The notes under the pieces are model-generated. The model ran no database searches. It was not told the origin of the DNA and saw only the letters and a program-made list of their open reading frames with translations. A stretch of 61,607 bases of DNA from the NCBI GenBank assembly GCA_018674955.1, contig JABGZB010000090.1, positions 1-61,607 of the forward strand, read 5' to 3'. This document shows, one piece after another, positions 19,167 to 29,480 of the stretch. A program made the translations under genes and the position numbers. The stretch's first letter is position 1, and the number at the start of each line of letters is the position of its first letter. Origin of the DNA: Verrucomicrobiota bacterium. Its GTDB lineage: Bacteria; Verrucomicrobiota; Verrucomicrobiia; Limisphaerales; UBA1096.

Positions 19167-20027
19167 TTAAACGTAAAGGGCTTTGCGGAGTTCAGCGACG
19201 AGGTAGCTGATGTGTGGATATCGTTTGTCGGCCTCGAACTCGATGCACGTGAGAATGATCCGCTCGACGGCGGCTGGGATGGACGAATTTAGGTCTCGCG
19301 GCGCGGCGAAATGGGAATCGCGGTTCTTCTGCGCCAGCAACACCTCGCGGCTTGTGTCGCCGTTGAACGGCTTCTGGCCGGTCAGCGTCTCGTACATGGT
19401 CACGCCAAAGGCGAAGATATCCACGCGCTGATCGATCTCGCGCCCACGCAACTGCTCCGGCGCCATGTAAACCGGCGTGCCGGGGTTGTCCGGCATCTTG
19501 GTCGGCTTCTCGGGGATGGGGCGGGAGAGGTCGAAGTCGCACAATCGGACGTTGCCGTTGCGGCTGACGAGGATGTTCTCCGGCTTGAAGTCGTAGTGCA
19601 GGTAGCCGCAGTTGTGCACGTGCTCGAGCGCCTCGGCGACGTCGATCAGGATGTTGCCGACGAACTTCTCGAGCACAGTGTCGGAGCGTGAAATGAGAAT
19701 CTTGAGATTCGGGAACTCGCAATATTCCATCGCGAGAAAATGGTCGCCCTTGATTTTGCCGTGCTCGATGTAATTGACGATGAATTTGTGGTCGCAAACC
19801 TTGGCGAGAATCTCGCAACCACTTACGAATCGCTTCTTCGATCTGGAATCTTTGCGCAACTCTGGGTGCAAACGGCGTACGGCGACGGGGCGCTTGTCGG
19901 GATCGGTCGCCAGCCAAATGTCGGCCATGCCGCCGCTGTTGACGACTTCCTGCAGGTCGTAATCGCCGAAATGTCCGGACTCCCCCGGCTCGGGATTTTT
20001 CGCGCCAAAAATATCCAGCAAACCCAT
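19167..20027 (-). CDS. Serine/threonine protein kinase (Hanks type)
   Basis: The motifs HYDFKPENIL, CDFDLS, and TPVYMAPEQ are present. The ATG at 20027 lies 4 nt after the NRAMP stop. Confidence 0.8.
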   Translation of the reverse strand: MGLLDIFGAKNPEPGESGHFGDYDLQEVVNSGGMADIWLATDPDKRPVAVRRLHPELRKDSRSKKRFVSGCEILAKVCDHKFIVNYIEHGKIKGDHFLAMEYCEFPNLKILISRSDTVLEKFVGNILIDVAEALEHVHNCGYLHYDFKPENILVSRNGNVRLCDFDLSRPIPEKPTKMPDNPGTPVYMAPEQLRGREIDQRVDIFAFGVTMYETLTGQKPFNGDTSREVLLAQKNRDSHFAAPRDLNSSIPAAVERIILTCIEFEADKRYPHISYLVAELRKALYV

Positions 20028-20031
20028 CGAC

Positions 20032-21666
20032 TTACTTTTCCATCGATCGGCCAGACCGAAGGAAATGAACCACCACTGCCGCAAGAATAAACACGCCCAC
20101 CCCTATCACGCCGATCCACTGCACCTTGCTCCATATCGACCAACCGGCGCCGATCGTGGCGGCAACCAGCGCGACTAGCATGGCAGCGTTCAGCGCGATG
20201 CGTTTGTTGCCCTTCGGCAACGCGTCGCCCATGAGGCTCTTGCTGTTGATCATCAGGAAAAAGGTGATGTACGCGATCGGCAACAGCACCATGCCGAACA
20301 CACTCGTCGGCACCGCGAGCCAAAAGCGGGCGTCTCCATCGCCCCACAAAAACAGGAAGCCCAGCGCGCCCGTGATGCCGGGCAGGATGGAGCCAATCCG
20401 GTGCTTCATGCCGCCGATCTCGGCCCCGAGCATCTCGGTGACAGTGAAGCCGTTGATCAGCATCAAAATGATTATCGTCGAGACCGCCATGCCGAGCACG
20501 CCGATACCGAAGACCGTCTGCGATACAGCCTTGTTGCCGGTGAGGTTCTCCAGCGAACCAGCCAGTTGAAAGGCGTCGCGACTCACGAGCATCGCTGCAA
20601 GTTGCTTGTCCGTGCCGTTTGGTTCTTTGGCTTCACCGAGTTTAGCCTGTATGCCGGATAAATTCTTGTCATAAGCGCCCTGCAGCTTTTCTGTCAGCGC
20701 GGTTCTCTTTGCGGGATCCAGCAGTCCTTTGTCGTATTCCCCGTGGAACTGGCTAGCGGAAGCGATCACCACGCAGGTCGTAGCCAGAAAAAACGGCAGG
20801 AACAATCCAAGCGAAAGGTCGAATGTGGCCAAGCCGCGGTGTTCCCTGCCCCAGCCCTTGCGCAGCATCGAGTACGGCAACAGGAAGGTCATATTGATGC
20901 CCACAGCGGTGGCGGCGGCAGTCACCATTCGATCGCGCTGCGAACTGAGGATGACATCGTTCCAATAGCCCGGGTCGCTCGATTCCTTTATAATTTCCGT
21001 GAACTTGGACGCCGGCTCGGAGAGTAGACTGAAATTGGGAATGAAGCCGGTGAAAATCGCCCCCCAATCAAGGCTGCCGGACATCGCCACGACGACACCG
21101 AAAAAACTCACTACCACGATGGCCACCATGATTTTCAGAATAATCTCGAAGACCTTCACCCCTTTACTGCCGCTGTCGTACGACCACACCACTGCCGCAC
21201 CGATGACAAAGAGCAGCAGCGCGCACCAGTACTTGCCGCTGTCGCCGTCGAGGATGCCGAAGTTCTGCTGAATGGCGGCCGTGCCGAGCGAGAACTGCGG
21301 CATAGCCCACACGAGGTTGGCCAGCATCGCGGCGCTGAGCCAGCCCCAGCCGAGCACTGGGTTGATGTGTTTGTTGATCGCGCGAAACGGTTTCTCGCCG
21401 GTAGACAGCGTGACATAGCCGATGACCGAGAGCATCAGCACGCCGAAAACCATCATCATCGGCTGCAGCCAAAGCAGCTCGTAGCCACCAATAACCCCGA
21501 TGTAAAGGCTGCCAGCGAGCGAACCACCACCGAGGGTGATCGCGCCCTGCAGCCAGCCGGGGCCAGACAGCTTGGCGAAAGTGCCCCAGCGGGAAAGGAG
21601 CGGTTTTTGGCCGGCCTCCGCGAGGAGGGTTTTTTCGGCGGCTAAGTTATCGTTCGAGTCACTCAT
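20032..21666 (-). CDS. NRAMP-family divalent metal transporter (long form, 544 aa)
   Basis: It is multi-pass with an N-terminal GPGWLQGAITLGGGSLAGSL motif and MPQFS. A soluble insert of about 90 aa (GEYDKGLLDPAKR...NLTGNKA) is not found in typical MntH. Confidence 0.75.
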   Translation of the reverse strand: MSDSNDNLAAEKTLLAEAGQKPLLSRWGTFAKLSGPGWLQGAITLGGGSLAGSLYIGVIGGYELLWLQPMMMVFGVLMLSVIGYVTLSTGEKPFRAINKHINPVLGWGWLSAAMLANLVWAMPQFSLGTAAIQQNFGILDGDSGKYWCALLLFVIGAAVVWSYDSGSKGVKVFEIILKIMVAIVVVSFFGVVVAMSGSLDWGAIFTGFIPNFSLLSEPASKFTEIIKESSDPGYWNDVILSSQRDRMVTAAATAVGINMTFLLPYSMLRKGWGREHRGLATFDLSLGLFLPFFLATTCVVIASASQFHGEYDKGLLDPAKRTALTEKLQGAYDKNLSGIQAKLGEAKEPNGTDKQLAAMLVSRDAFQLAGSLENLTGNKAVSQTVFGIGVLGMAVSTIIILMLINGFTVTEMLGAEIGGMKHRIGSILPGITGALGFLFLWGDGDARFWLAVPTSVFGMVLLPIAYITFFLMINSKSLMGDALPKGNKRIALNAAMLVALVAATIGAGWSIWSKVQWIGVIGVGVFILAAVVVHFLRSGRSMEK

Positions 21667-21683
21667 AGGTCAGATTGAGTTGC

Positions 21684-21695
21684 GCTTGGCCAATC
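21684..21695. repeat. Iterated palindrome copy (GCTTGGCCAAtc) followed by a partial copy, intergenic
   Basis: It lies in the NRAMP upstream region. Confidence 0.85.
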
Positions 21696-21848
21696 GCTTG
21701 CTTGGCCAGAGAACGCGGGGAGTCTGGAGAAAACCGAGCCGGAAACAAAGGCAATTCTCCCGCCAAGCGCCAAAAGAAAACCGCCGACCCCGTCAAGGGC
21801 CGCCGGTTAAATTTAGCCAAACTTTTGGCTTTGGCTCGTAATGTCCGT

Positions 21849-24680
21849 TTAAAGCTTCGTACTGCCGTAGATGATGCCGGCGTCCAGAGTTTTTTTGATC
21901 AACTCGCCCGCCTCGGAAAGGTGGGCGGCAGTGTAGGGATCGAGCGTTACGCCCTCGGTTTTTTGGGCAACGTCGATGCGCTTGGCCAGGCTACGTAGCT
22001 GCTGGCTCGCCAGATTGGCCAACGGCCGCGAGCTGGCGCCGCGCCACGATCCAGGCATGCTGAGGCTGACCAGGCGCTCAAGGTGTTCGCGCTGCAGGTT
22101 GCGACGCAGGCTCGAGATCAGCGGCTTGCGGGCGGTGTGCTTGCCCTTGGCCGGGGCCTTCAGTTCGGTCCAGATGGCGGCGTCGAGTTTGCCGAGGATT
22201 TCCGGCAGCGTGATGGCGTCCTTGTCGGCCTCAACGAGGAATTCGTTGTCGTACACGCGGCCCAGCGAGGTTGGATTGAGGATCATCGTGAGTGTGGAGG
22301 CCTGGATACCCATGACTTTCTCGTGCACCGGCCAGGTGGTGTCTTTCATTGAACTGGAGAGGTTATCGATCCAGCGATCGCCTCCCATACGGCGGAGCAA
22401 CTCGTTGCTGAGGCCGAAGGCCTCGTCGTTGAAGGCGTTCTCGAGCATGAACTCGAGTGCCTCGCGCTGCCGCTTGGCCGGCACTGGGGTAATGGGATAG
22501 CGGTCGCCAGGGTCACCTTTCTTGTCGCGGTTCACGAACGAACCGCCGATCCAGTTGCCCATCATGCTCAGCGATCGCGACTGCAGCGAGAGGGTGAGTT
22601 GATAGCCGTAACGCGCCTTGGCCCAGCTTTGGCCCTTCTTCACGAAGTGATCGAGCAACTGTCCGCGATGGTGCTTCACGATGTTGATCTGGTTGTGGGC
22701 GTACTGGAGCGGGTTAGAGGCGAAGTCATACCGGCGCGCGAACGGGTCGGGGCCAATCGTGTCCTCGTCGGTGGCGAACTGCAGCTTGGGATCGGACACG
22801 CGGCTCAGGATTTTCTGCAACTCCTCCGGTTTGCTGATGATGGAGTAGCCGTACTCGATGGCCCAATGGTCGTAAGGACCGATGCCGGTCATGGTGTGAT
22901 CTCCCTGTTTTTCACCGACGCCCTTGTGCATATTGATGGGCAGATAATCCATCACCGAGCCGGCCAAGGTCTCCTTGCCCTTGATCTCGTCGCTGTTGAT
23001 TTTTTCCAGCGAGTGGATGCTCGAGGCCTTGAAGTTGTGGCGCAGGCCAAGAGTGTGGCCCACCTCGTGGGCGACCAACTCGGCAATCAGCGGCCCAATG
23101 AACCACTCCGGCACACCGTCGAGTGTGACCTCGGTTTTATTTGGCTTGGGCTTGTCACCGTCCTTGTCATCCTTCTCGCCTTCCTCCTTGGCCAACTCGG
23201 CAGCCAACTCGAGAGAAAACCGCATGGCGGCCAGGTCGAGCGACTTGCACTCGGCGGCACGGCAAAGGCCGTTCACCTGGCTGATGCGCCCGTACAGGCC
23301 GTCAAACTCGTTGTCGCCAATCAATTCGCCATCCACCTTGGCTAGTGGATGCCCGCCGTAGGCTTCCGCGCCGTGGGAGGCCAAATCGGCCTTGATGGAG
23401 GCACGCATCGAGGGATGGGCCAGACGCACACGCGGATCCCACTCGGGATGCTCCTTGAGCCAGGCGAGTGTTTCCGGTGCGAAACCCTCCATTGCGATGC
23501 TCGGGAGGATTTTGTTGAATTGCATCCAGAAATGACGAATCCAGCCGTCGGTCAAAATGATGTCGGCGTCGAGAATCTGGCCGGTCAGCGGATTGACCCG
23601 GCTCGGCCCGATGGCGGTGCCGACGTCGTTGTTGAGCCAGCGCACGAAGTTGTAGCGCGCGTCCTCCGGGTCTTTCTCCATGTGCGCGCCGGTCGTGGCG
23701 TCCTGATAGTAAACCTCGATAGCGTTGGCCAAGCCGATCTTCTCGTAGGCATCATTCCACATCAGGATGCCCTCGCGAACCCAACGGCGGTAGCGCACCG
23801 GCGTGGTGTGTTCGATGTAGAAAATGATCGGGTTTTTCACCGGGCTGACTTTGAGCTTGGGATCGGCCTTCTCCAGGTGCCAGCGGTTGATGTAGCGGAT
23901 TTTCTTTTGCTCGTCCGTGTACTTGCCAAGGTCGGAGTAGCTCGTGGTGAAGTAGCCCACGCGCTGGTCGGCGACTCGCGGCTTGTAGGTTTTGCTCGGG
24001 GCGATCGAGCTGATCGAGTAATGCAGCGTCTTGAGTACGCCGTTGGACGACGGCGCGGTGAAAGCGAGCTCGACGTTGCCCGGGAACGCCTTAGCGGTGC
24101 GGACTTGCGCAAGCTTTGCGTTGAAGCCGCCACCCCGGCTGCCGAAAAACTTCGACGCCTGGCCGACGAGCAGCGCGTCCATGTCGATCACCGGCCGGTT
24201 CTTCGGCAACAGCGTGACAATCGGCACATCGACAATCACGCGATCGGTGAAGAGCCGTTTCACGGAGGCCTTCGACTCAGGATCGCCAGTGGAACGCACA
24301 TTGAGGTTGGGCTCGATGATCAGCAGCCGCTTGTCGAGCCGCTTGAAGTAAACGTACTTCTCACCCGCCTGCAGCCCGGCGTACATCTCGCCGCTGGCCA
24401 CGGTGGTCGCGATAAAAAACCGCTTCGACTCAAACCCCGCAGGCAGCGCGCCGAGCATTTGCTGATCCTTCTTGCGCACGTAGATGGAGAGCAAGCTGGA
24501 CTTTTTGTCCATGCTAGAGATGACCTGTTCGTACCCCTTGAGCACTGTCGTGTACGCCGGGAAATCCGGCTTCGCGGTCGGCGGCTTCGCGGCCGGCTTG
24601 GCCGGGGCGGGGGTTTGGGCAAATGCGGTGGCTGTTAAAAGGCCAATCGAGGCGACGATGAAGATGCTCTGTTTTTTCAT
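21849..24680 (-). CDS. Secreted zinc-dependent metalloprotease (DUF5117/DUF4953-type)
   Basis: HEVGHTLGLRHNF is an HExxH zinc site. The signal peptide is MKKQSIFIVASIGLLTATAFA. I chose the internal ATG at 24680. Confidence 0.8.
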   Translation of the reverse strand: MKKQSIFIVASIGLLTATAFAQTPAPAKPAAKPPTAKPDFPAYTTVLKGYEQVISSMDKKSSLLSIYVRKKDQQMLGALPAGFESKRFFIATTVASGEMYAGLQAGEKYVYFKRLDKRLLIIEPNLNVRSTGDPESKASVKRLFTDRVIVDVPIVTLLPKNRPVIDMDALLVGQASKFFGSRGGGFNAKLAQVRTAKAFPGNVELAFTAPSSNGVLKTLHYSISSIAPSKTYKPRVADQRVGYFTTSYSDLGKYTDEQKKIRYINRWHLEKADPKLKVSPVKNPIIFYIEHTTPVRYRRWVREGILMWNDAYEKIGLANAIEVYYQDATTGAHMEKDPEDARYNFVRWLNNDVGTAIGPSRVNPLTGQILDADIILTDGWIRHFWMQFNKILPSIAMEGFAPETLAWLKEHPEWDPRVRLAHPSMRASIKADLASHGAEAYGGHPLAKVDGELIGDNEFDGLYGRISQVNGLCRAAECKSLDLAAMRFSLELAAELAKEEGEKDDKDGDKPKPNKTEVTLDGVPEWFIGPLIAELVAHEVGHTLGLRHNFKASSIHSLEKINSDEIKGKETLAGSVMDYLPINMHKGVGEKQGDHTMTGIGPYDHWAIEYGYSIISKPEELQKILSRVSDPKLQFATDEDTIGPDPFARRYDFASNPLQYAHNQINIVKHHRGQLLDHFVKKGQSWAKARYGYQLTLSLQSRSLSMMGNWIGGSFVNRDKKGDPGDRYPITPVPAKRQREALEFMLENAFNDEAFGLSNELLRRMGGDRWIDNLSSSMKDTTWPVHEKVMGIQASTLTMILNPTSLGRVYDNEFLVEADKDAITLPEILGKLDAAIWTELKAPAKGKHTARKPLISSLRRNLQREHLERLVSLSMPGSWRGASSRPLANLASQQLRSLAKRIDVAQKTEGVTLDPYTAAHLSEAGELIKKTLDAGIIYGSTKL

Positions 24681-24814
24681 GATAAAAAAGCGATTCAGGC
24701 CGGAGCCATTCAAAAACACGCCCTGTGTGGGCAACGGGGAATGTGCCTCATGCTTGGCCGATTTCAAGTAAGAACCAGCCTGTTTCTAAAGCCAAACGGC
24801 CCTCGGTTCTCGAC

Positions 24815-24828
24815 CGCTTGGCCAAGCG
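24815..24828. repeat. Iterated palindrome copy CGCTTGGCCAAGCG, intergenic
   Basis: It ends 29 nt upstream of the ribBA start. Confidence 0.9.
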
Positions 24829-24856
24829 CGGGTAGCCTTTTGAGCGGGCAGTTAAC

Positions 24857-26071
24857 ATGGCAGCAAAGAAAATCACGGGGAAATTTGACTCCATCGAGGC
24901 GGTGCTGCGCGACATCGCGCGCGGCAAAATGGTCGTCGTCGTCGACGACGCCGATCGCGAAAACGAGGGCGACCTGATCATGGCCGCCGAGAAGACCACG
25001 GCCAAGGCGATCAACTTCATGGCCAAGTTCGGCCGCGGCCTCATCTGCGTTCCCACCGTGCCGGAGCGCCTCCAGCAACTCGGCATCGAGCGCATGGTGC
25101 TCAACAACCGCGAGGGCCATCGCACTGACTTTCAGGTTAGCGTCGATGCAGCACAAGGCATCACCACCGGCATCAGCGCCGCCGACCGCGCCCAAACCAT
25201 CAAAACTCTGGCCAACCCCACCTCAATCGCCGACGACCTCGTGCAACCGGGCCACGTCTTTCCGTTGCGAGCCAAGACCGGCGGCGTCCTCCAGCGCGCC
25301 GGCCACACCGAGGCGGCGGTCGATCTCGCACGGCTTGCCGGCTGCCGGCCGATGGGCGTCATTTGCGAGGTCATGAACGACGACGGCACAATGGCCCGCC
25401 TCCCGGAGCTGCGCCGCTTCGCAAAAAAACACAAACTCAAGCTCTGCTCCATCGAGCAGCTCATCGAGTTTCGGCGCAAGCGCGAAAAGCTCGTCGCCTG
25501 CGAGGAGATCGTCCAGATGCCGACCGACTTCGGCGAGTTCGACCTCCACCTTTACCTCTCCACCATCGACGGCCAACACCACCTCGCTCTCGTCAAAGGC
25601 AGCATGAACGCCCGCCGCCGCACCCTCGTGCGCGTGCACAGCGAATGCCTCACCGGCGACGTGTTCGGCTCGCGCCGCTGCGATTGCGGCCCGCAGTTGC
25701 AACAGGCCATGAAACAGGTTTCCGCCGACGGCCACGGCGTCATCCTTTACATGCGCCAAGAAGGCCGCGGCATCGGTTTGGCCCCTAAAATAAAGGCTTA
25801 CAAGCTCCAGCAAAAAGGCTATGACACCGTCGAGGCCAACGAGAAACTCGGCTTCCCGATGGACCTGCGCGAGTACGGCATCGGGGCGCAAATCCTCGCC
25901 GACCTCGGTATAAAGAAAATCCGGCTACTCACCAACAACCCTAAAAAAATCGTCGGCTTGGAGGGGTACGGGCTCGAGGTTGTCGAACAAGTGCCGATCC
26001 GCGTGAAGCCAAACAAGCACAACAAAAAATACCTCAAGACCAAGCGCGAAAAACTGGGCCATCTGCTTTGA
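24857..26071 (+). CDS. ribBA: Bifunctional 3,4-dihydroxy-2-butanone-4-phosphate synthase / GTP cyclohydrolase II
   Basis: DRENEGDLIMAAE marks the DHBP synthase half. RVHSECLTGDVFGSRRCDCGPQL marks the GCH II zinc site. Confidence 0.92.
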   Translation: MAAKKITGKFDSIEAVLRDIARGKMVVVVDDADRENEGDLIMAAEKTTAKAINFMAKFGRGLICVPTVPERLQQLGIERMVLNNREGHRTDFQVSVDAAQGITTGISAADRAQTIKTLANPTSIADDLVQPGHVFPLRAKTGGVLQRAGHTEAAVDLARLAGCRPMGVICEVMNDDGTMARLPELRRFAKKHKLKLCSIEQLIEFRRKREKLVACEEIVQMPTDFGEFDLHLYLSTIDGQHHLALVKGSMNARRRTLVRVHSECLTGDVFGSRRCDCGPQLQQAMKQVSADGHGVILYMRQEGRGIGLAPKIKAYKLQQKGYDTVEANEKLGFPMDLREYGIGAQILADLGIKKIRLLTNNPKKIVGLEGYGLEVVEQVPIRVKPNKHNKKYLKTKREKLGHLL

Positions 26072-26089
26072 CGCCCCGAACACCTTCCA

Positions 26090-26103
26090 CGCTTGGCCAA
26101 GCG
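26090..26103. repeat. Iterated palindrome copy CGCTTGGCCAAGCG, intergenic
   Basis: It ends 9 nt upstream of the hrpB start. Confidence 0.9.
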
Positions 26104-26111
26104 CACGCGGC

Positions 26112-28688
26112 ATGAACGAGTCGCTTCCCATCTGGGACATCCACAGCGAGATCACCGACACCCTCGCCGTGCAAAACCGCCTTGTGCTTGCCGCGCCGAC
26201 CGGCTCAGGCAAATCCACCCAAGTCCCGCAAATCATCCTCGACGACGTCCTCTGCGGCGGCAGCAAAGTCGTCGTGCTACAGCCGCGCCGCGTCGCCGCC
26301 CGCTCGCTCGCCCGCCGCGTCGCGTGGGAACGCTCGGCCAAACTCGGCGACGAAGTCGGCTATCAGGTTCGCTTCGAAAACCACACCGGCCCCGAAACCA
26401 AAATAGAGTTCATCACCGAAGGCGTGCTGCTGCGCCGCCTGCAGGATGACCCGCGCTTGGCCAACGTCGGCGCGGTGCTCTTCGACGAGTTTCACGAACG
26501 CAACCTAATGAGCGACCTCGCGCTTGGCCTCGTCAAAAACCTGCAACGCACCGGACGCACCGACCTCAAGCTTGTCGTCATGTCGGCGACGATTGAGACC
26601 GGCCCGATCGCCCGCTACCTTGGCCAAGCGGATGACGATCCCTGCCGCATGCTCGCCTCCGACGGGCGCACCTTTCCGGTCGAGATTCGCTTCGGTAAAT
26701 ATCGCAATCGCGACCCCATCACCGAGCAGGCAGCCGGGGCCGTCGAGCAGATAATTCGCGACAACTCTCCCGGCGATATTTTGATTTTCATGGCAGGAAT
26801 GGGCGAAATTCGTGGCACAATCAGGGCGATCGGCCACCGGCGACTGCCCGAGCCGGTCGAGTTGATCCCGCTGCACGGCGACCTCCCGCCTGCCGATCAG
26901 GACCGCGCTTTCGGCGGTAGCGACCGCCGCAAAATCGTCGTCGCCACCAACGTCGCCGAGACCTCGGTGCCCATCGACGGCATCCGCCACGTCATCGACA
27001 GCGGCATGGCCCGCGTCGCCCGGTTCGACGCCGAGCGCGGCTTTGGCACGTTGTTGATCGAGGAGATCAGCCGCGCCTCCGCCGACCAGCGCGCCGGTCG
27101 CGCCGGCCGCACCGCGCCAGGAACGTGCCACCGGCTTTGGACCGAGAGCGGCCACCTCAATCGCCCCGGGCACAACACGCCGGAAATCCACCGCACCGAT
27201 TTGTCGGAGTCGGTGCTGATGCTGCACGCCGCCGGCATCGACGAGGCCACCCAGTTTGACTGGCTCGACAAGCCGGACGCCAACGCCGTGGCCAAGGCCG
27301 AGTCGCTGCTGCACTCGCTCGGCGCCTTGGCCAAGCACGACGGCGGCGGGCTGACCGACGTCGGCCGCGCGATGCTGCGACTGCCGATGCACCCGCGCCC
27401 GGCCCGGATGATCGTCGAGGGCAGTCGCCGCGACTGCATCAACGAGGCAGCGTTGTGCGCGGCGTTCATGAGCGGGCGCAACATTCTCATCCGCTCCGCC
27501 CGCGACGACAAAAATGTGCAGGCTGCACAGGAGTCGTTCCGCGACGGAGCCGACTCCGACTTCGAGGTGCTGATGCGCGCGTGGCAGTTCGCCAACGCGC
27601 GCCGTTACAACATCGACGACTGCCGCGCTCACGGCATCCACGCAGGGGCGTGCCGTGAGGTCGAGTCTGCGTTCCGGCAAATCCTCCGCTTGGCCAAGTC
27701 TAGCGACGCGCGAGCAGCTCCCGACCGGTCGAAGTCCACCGCCCTGCGCCACTGCATCCTCGCCGCGTTTGCCGACCAACTCTGCGTGCGGCGCGACAGC
27801 GGCACGCTATTTTGCAACCTGACCGATGGCCGCAGCGGCACGCTCGTCCGCGAGAGCGTCGTGCAAAAATCTCCGCTGCTCGTCATCGGCGAAATTCGGC
27901 AAGTGTCTGCCCGGGGCGACCGCGCCCAAACTCTGCTGAGCCTGGCAGCAGCAGTAGAACTGGACTGGGTGCGCGAGCTGTTTCCTGGCGACTTGACGAC
28001 CCGCACCGAGTGCGGGTTCGATCCCGGCATGAAACGCGTTGAGGCCCTTGAAATAACTCGTTTTCGCGATCTCGAGCTGGGCCGGGCACGGGCGAAAGAG
28101 GCCGATCCAGAAGCCGCCGGCCAAGCGCTAGCCAAGGCCTGTTTGGGCGAGTGGTTCACGCCGAAATCGTTCGACCACTCGATCCGGCAACTCATCAGGC
28201 GGCTCAATTGGCTGTGCGTCGCCCGGGCAGATTTGGAATTCCCGCCGCTCGACGAGACGGCGATTTTGAATTGCCTGAGTGCCGCGTTTGCGGGCATGAC
28301 CTTGGCCAAGCAGGCGGTTGCCGCCGACGTAAAGCCGGCGTTCCGCAAACATATGCCGAGCGAGCAGTGGGAGTGGCTCGACGAGTTCGCGCCGCAAACG
28401 ATCCCTTGGCTGGACGACAAACCGAAACGCTTGGAGTACCCTGAAAAACCGACGGACAAACACGGCAACATGCTGCCGGTAGAGTTGCACGTGAAGCTTC
28501 ACGACTGCTTCCGTCTGGCCGAGCATCCGCGCATCTGCGATGGCGAACACATCGTGCGGTTCAAGCTGTTGACCCCGAAAAACAGGAAGATCGATTACTG
28601 CGACAACTGGCCGACATTCAAGCAGCGCGAATATCCGAGAATCCGAAAAGACCTCCTGGCCAAGTTCCCCGGCGTGGGCTGGGTATGA
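26112..28688 (+). CDS. hrpB: ATP-dependent RNA helicase HrpB (DEAH box)
   Basis: The motifs APTGSGKSTQVPQ, DEFHER, SAT and QRAGRAGR are present, and the C-terminal region is HrpB-specific. Confidence 0.9.
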   Translation: MNESLPIWDIHSEITDTLAVQNRLVLAAPTGSGKSTQVPQIILDDVLCGGSKVVVLQPRRVAARSLARRVAWERSAKLGDEVGYQVRFENHTGPETKIEFITEGVLLRRLQDDPRLANVGAVLFDEFHERNLMSDLALGLVKNLQRTGRTDLKLVVMSATIETGPIARYLGQADDDPCRMLASDGRTFPVEIRFGKYRNRDPITEQAAGAVEQIIRDNSPGDILIFMAGMGEIRGTIRAIGHRRLPEPVELIPLHGDLPPADQDRAFGGSDRRKIVVATNVAETSVPIDGIRHVIDSGMARVARFDAERGFGTLLIEEISRASADQRAGRAGRTAPGTCHRLWTESGHLNRPGHNTPEIHRTDLSESVLMLHAAGIDEATQFDWLDKPDANAVAKAESLLHSLGALAKHDGGGLTDVGRAMLRLPMHPRPARMIVEGSRRDCINEAALCAAFMSGRNILIRSARDDKNVQAAQESFRDGADSDFEVLMRAWQFANARRYNIDDCRAHGIHAGACREVESAFRQILRLAKSSDARAAPDRSKSTALRHCILAAFADQLCVRRDSGTLFCNLTDGRSGTLVRESVVQKSPLLVIGEIRQVSARGDRAQTLLSLAAAVELDWVRELFPGDLTTRTECGFDPGMKRVEALEITRFRDLELGRARAKEADPEAAGQALAKACLGEWFTPKSFDHSIRQLIRRLNWLCVARADLEFPPLDETAILNCLSAAFAGMTLAKQAVAADVKPAFRKHMPSEQWEWLDEFAPQTIPWLDDKPKRLEYPEKPTDKHGNMLPVELHVKLHDCFRLAEHPRICDGEHIVRFKLLTPKNRKIDYCDNWPTFKQREYPRIRKDLLAKFPGVGWV

Positions 28689-28697
28689 TTTTTTGAA

Positions 28698-29480
28698 ATG
28701 ATAAACGACATCCGACGGATCGCCGCCGAGGCCGGTGAGGCGATCATGAAAACCTACGACGGCCCAGCCGAGATCGAGACCAAAGAAGACGACTCGCCAC
28801 TCACTCAAGCCGACCGCGCCGCGCACGACTGCATCATCGCCGCGCTGGAGCAACTCACGCCGGACATCCCGGTTTTGTCTGAGGAATCGGAGGGCATCCC
28901 GACCGAAGAGCGGCTGGGCTGGAAACGCTTCTGGCTCGTCGACCCTCTCGACGGCACCAAGGAGTTCATCAAAAAAACCGGACAGTTCACCGTCAACATC
29001 GCTCTGATCGAAAACAGCGAACCAACGCTTGGCGTGGTGTTGGCCCCGGCGTCTGACTTAGAATATTTCGCGGCTCGCGGCAACGGCGCATTCAAGCGGC
29101 TTGGCCAAGCAGAGCCGCAACCGATCAAGATCGCCGAGGCCGACAAGGCCAAGCTGCGCATCGTCGCCAGCCGCGATCACGCCGGCCCGAAAGTCGCAGC
29201 CATGCTCGAGCAACTCCCGGATGCCGAACTGGTGAGCATGGGCAGTTCACTGAAATTCTGCCTCGTCGCCGAGGGTGCGGCCGATCTTTACCCGCGCTTT
29301 GTCCCGACGATGGAATGGGACACCGGTGCGGCCCAATGCATACTCGAGCAAGCCGGAGGCGCCGTCTGCACCCTCGACGGCTACCGCCTGGCCTACGGCC
29401 GTGAAGACCTACGAAACCCCTCCATCATCGCAGCCGGCCACCCCGCAATAGACTGGAAGTCACTGTTGCCAAGTGATTAA
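28698..29480 (+). CDS. cysQ: 3'(2'),5'-bisphosphate nucleotidase
   Basis: The motifs SEE, WLVDPLDGTKEF and WDTGAAQ belong to the inositol monophosphatase/CysQ family. Confidence 0.85.
   Translation: MINDIRRIAAEAGEAIMKTYDGPAEIETKEDDSPLTQADRAAHDCIIAALEQLTPDIPVLSEESEGIPTEERLGWKRFWLVDPLDGTKEFIKKTGQFTVNIALIENSEPTLGVVLAPASDLEYFAARGNGAFKRLGQAEPQPIKIAEADKAKLRIVASRDHAGPKVAAMLEQLPDAELVSMGSSLKFCLVAEGAADLYPRFVPTMEWDTGAAQCILEQAGGAVCTLDGYRLAYGREDLRNPSIIAAGHPAIDWKSLLPSD

Noticed and set aside
21667-21848. A manganese (yybP-ykoY-like) riboswitch upstream of the NRAMP gene. The plus strand shows GGGGAGT...GGAAACAAAGGCAATTC, which superficially resembles the conserved riboswitch segments.
   Set aside because: The resemblance is on the wrong strand for the minus-strand NRAMP gene. 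The element is too short for the four-helix architecture, and the 3' conserved segment is not found. A simple stem (GGAGAA/TTCTCC, GCGGGAG/CTCCCGC) and a terminator-like hairpin (AGCCAAA-ag-TTTGGCT, about 21817-21832) explain most of the pairing. An Infernal scan with RF00080 would settle it.
24681-24856. An FMN (RFN) riboswitch upstream of ribBA.
   Set aside because: The 176-nt divergent spacer lacks the conserved RFN blocks (for example GGGCGGGGTGAAATTCC...GACAGT...GGATGAGAG). It is largely occupied by promoter-like sequence and a copy of the iterated palindrome.
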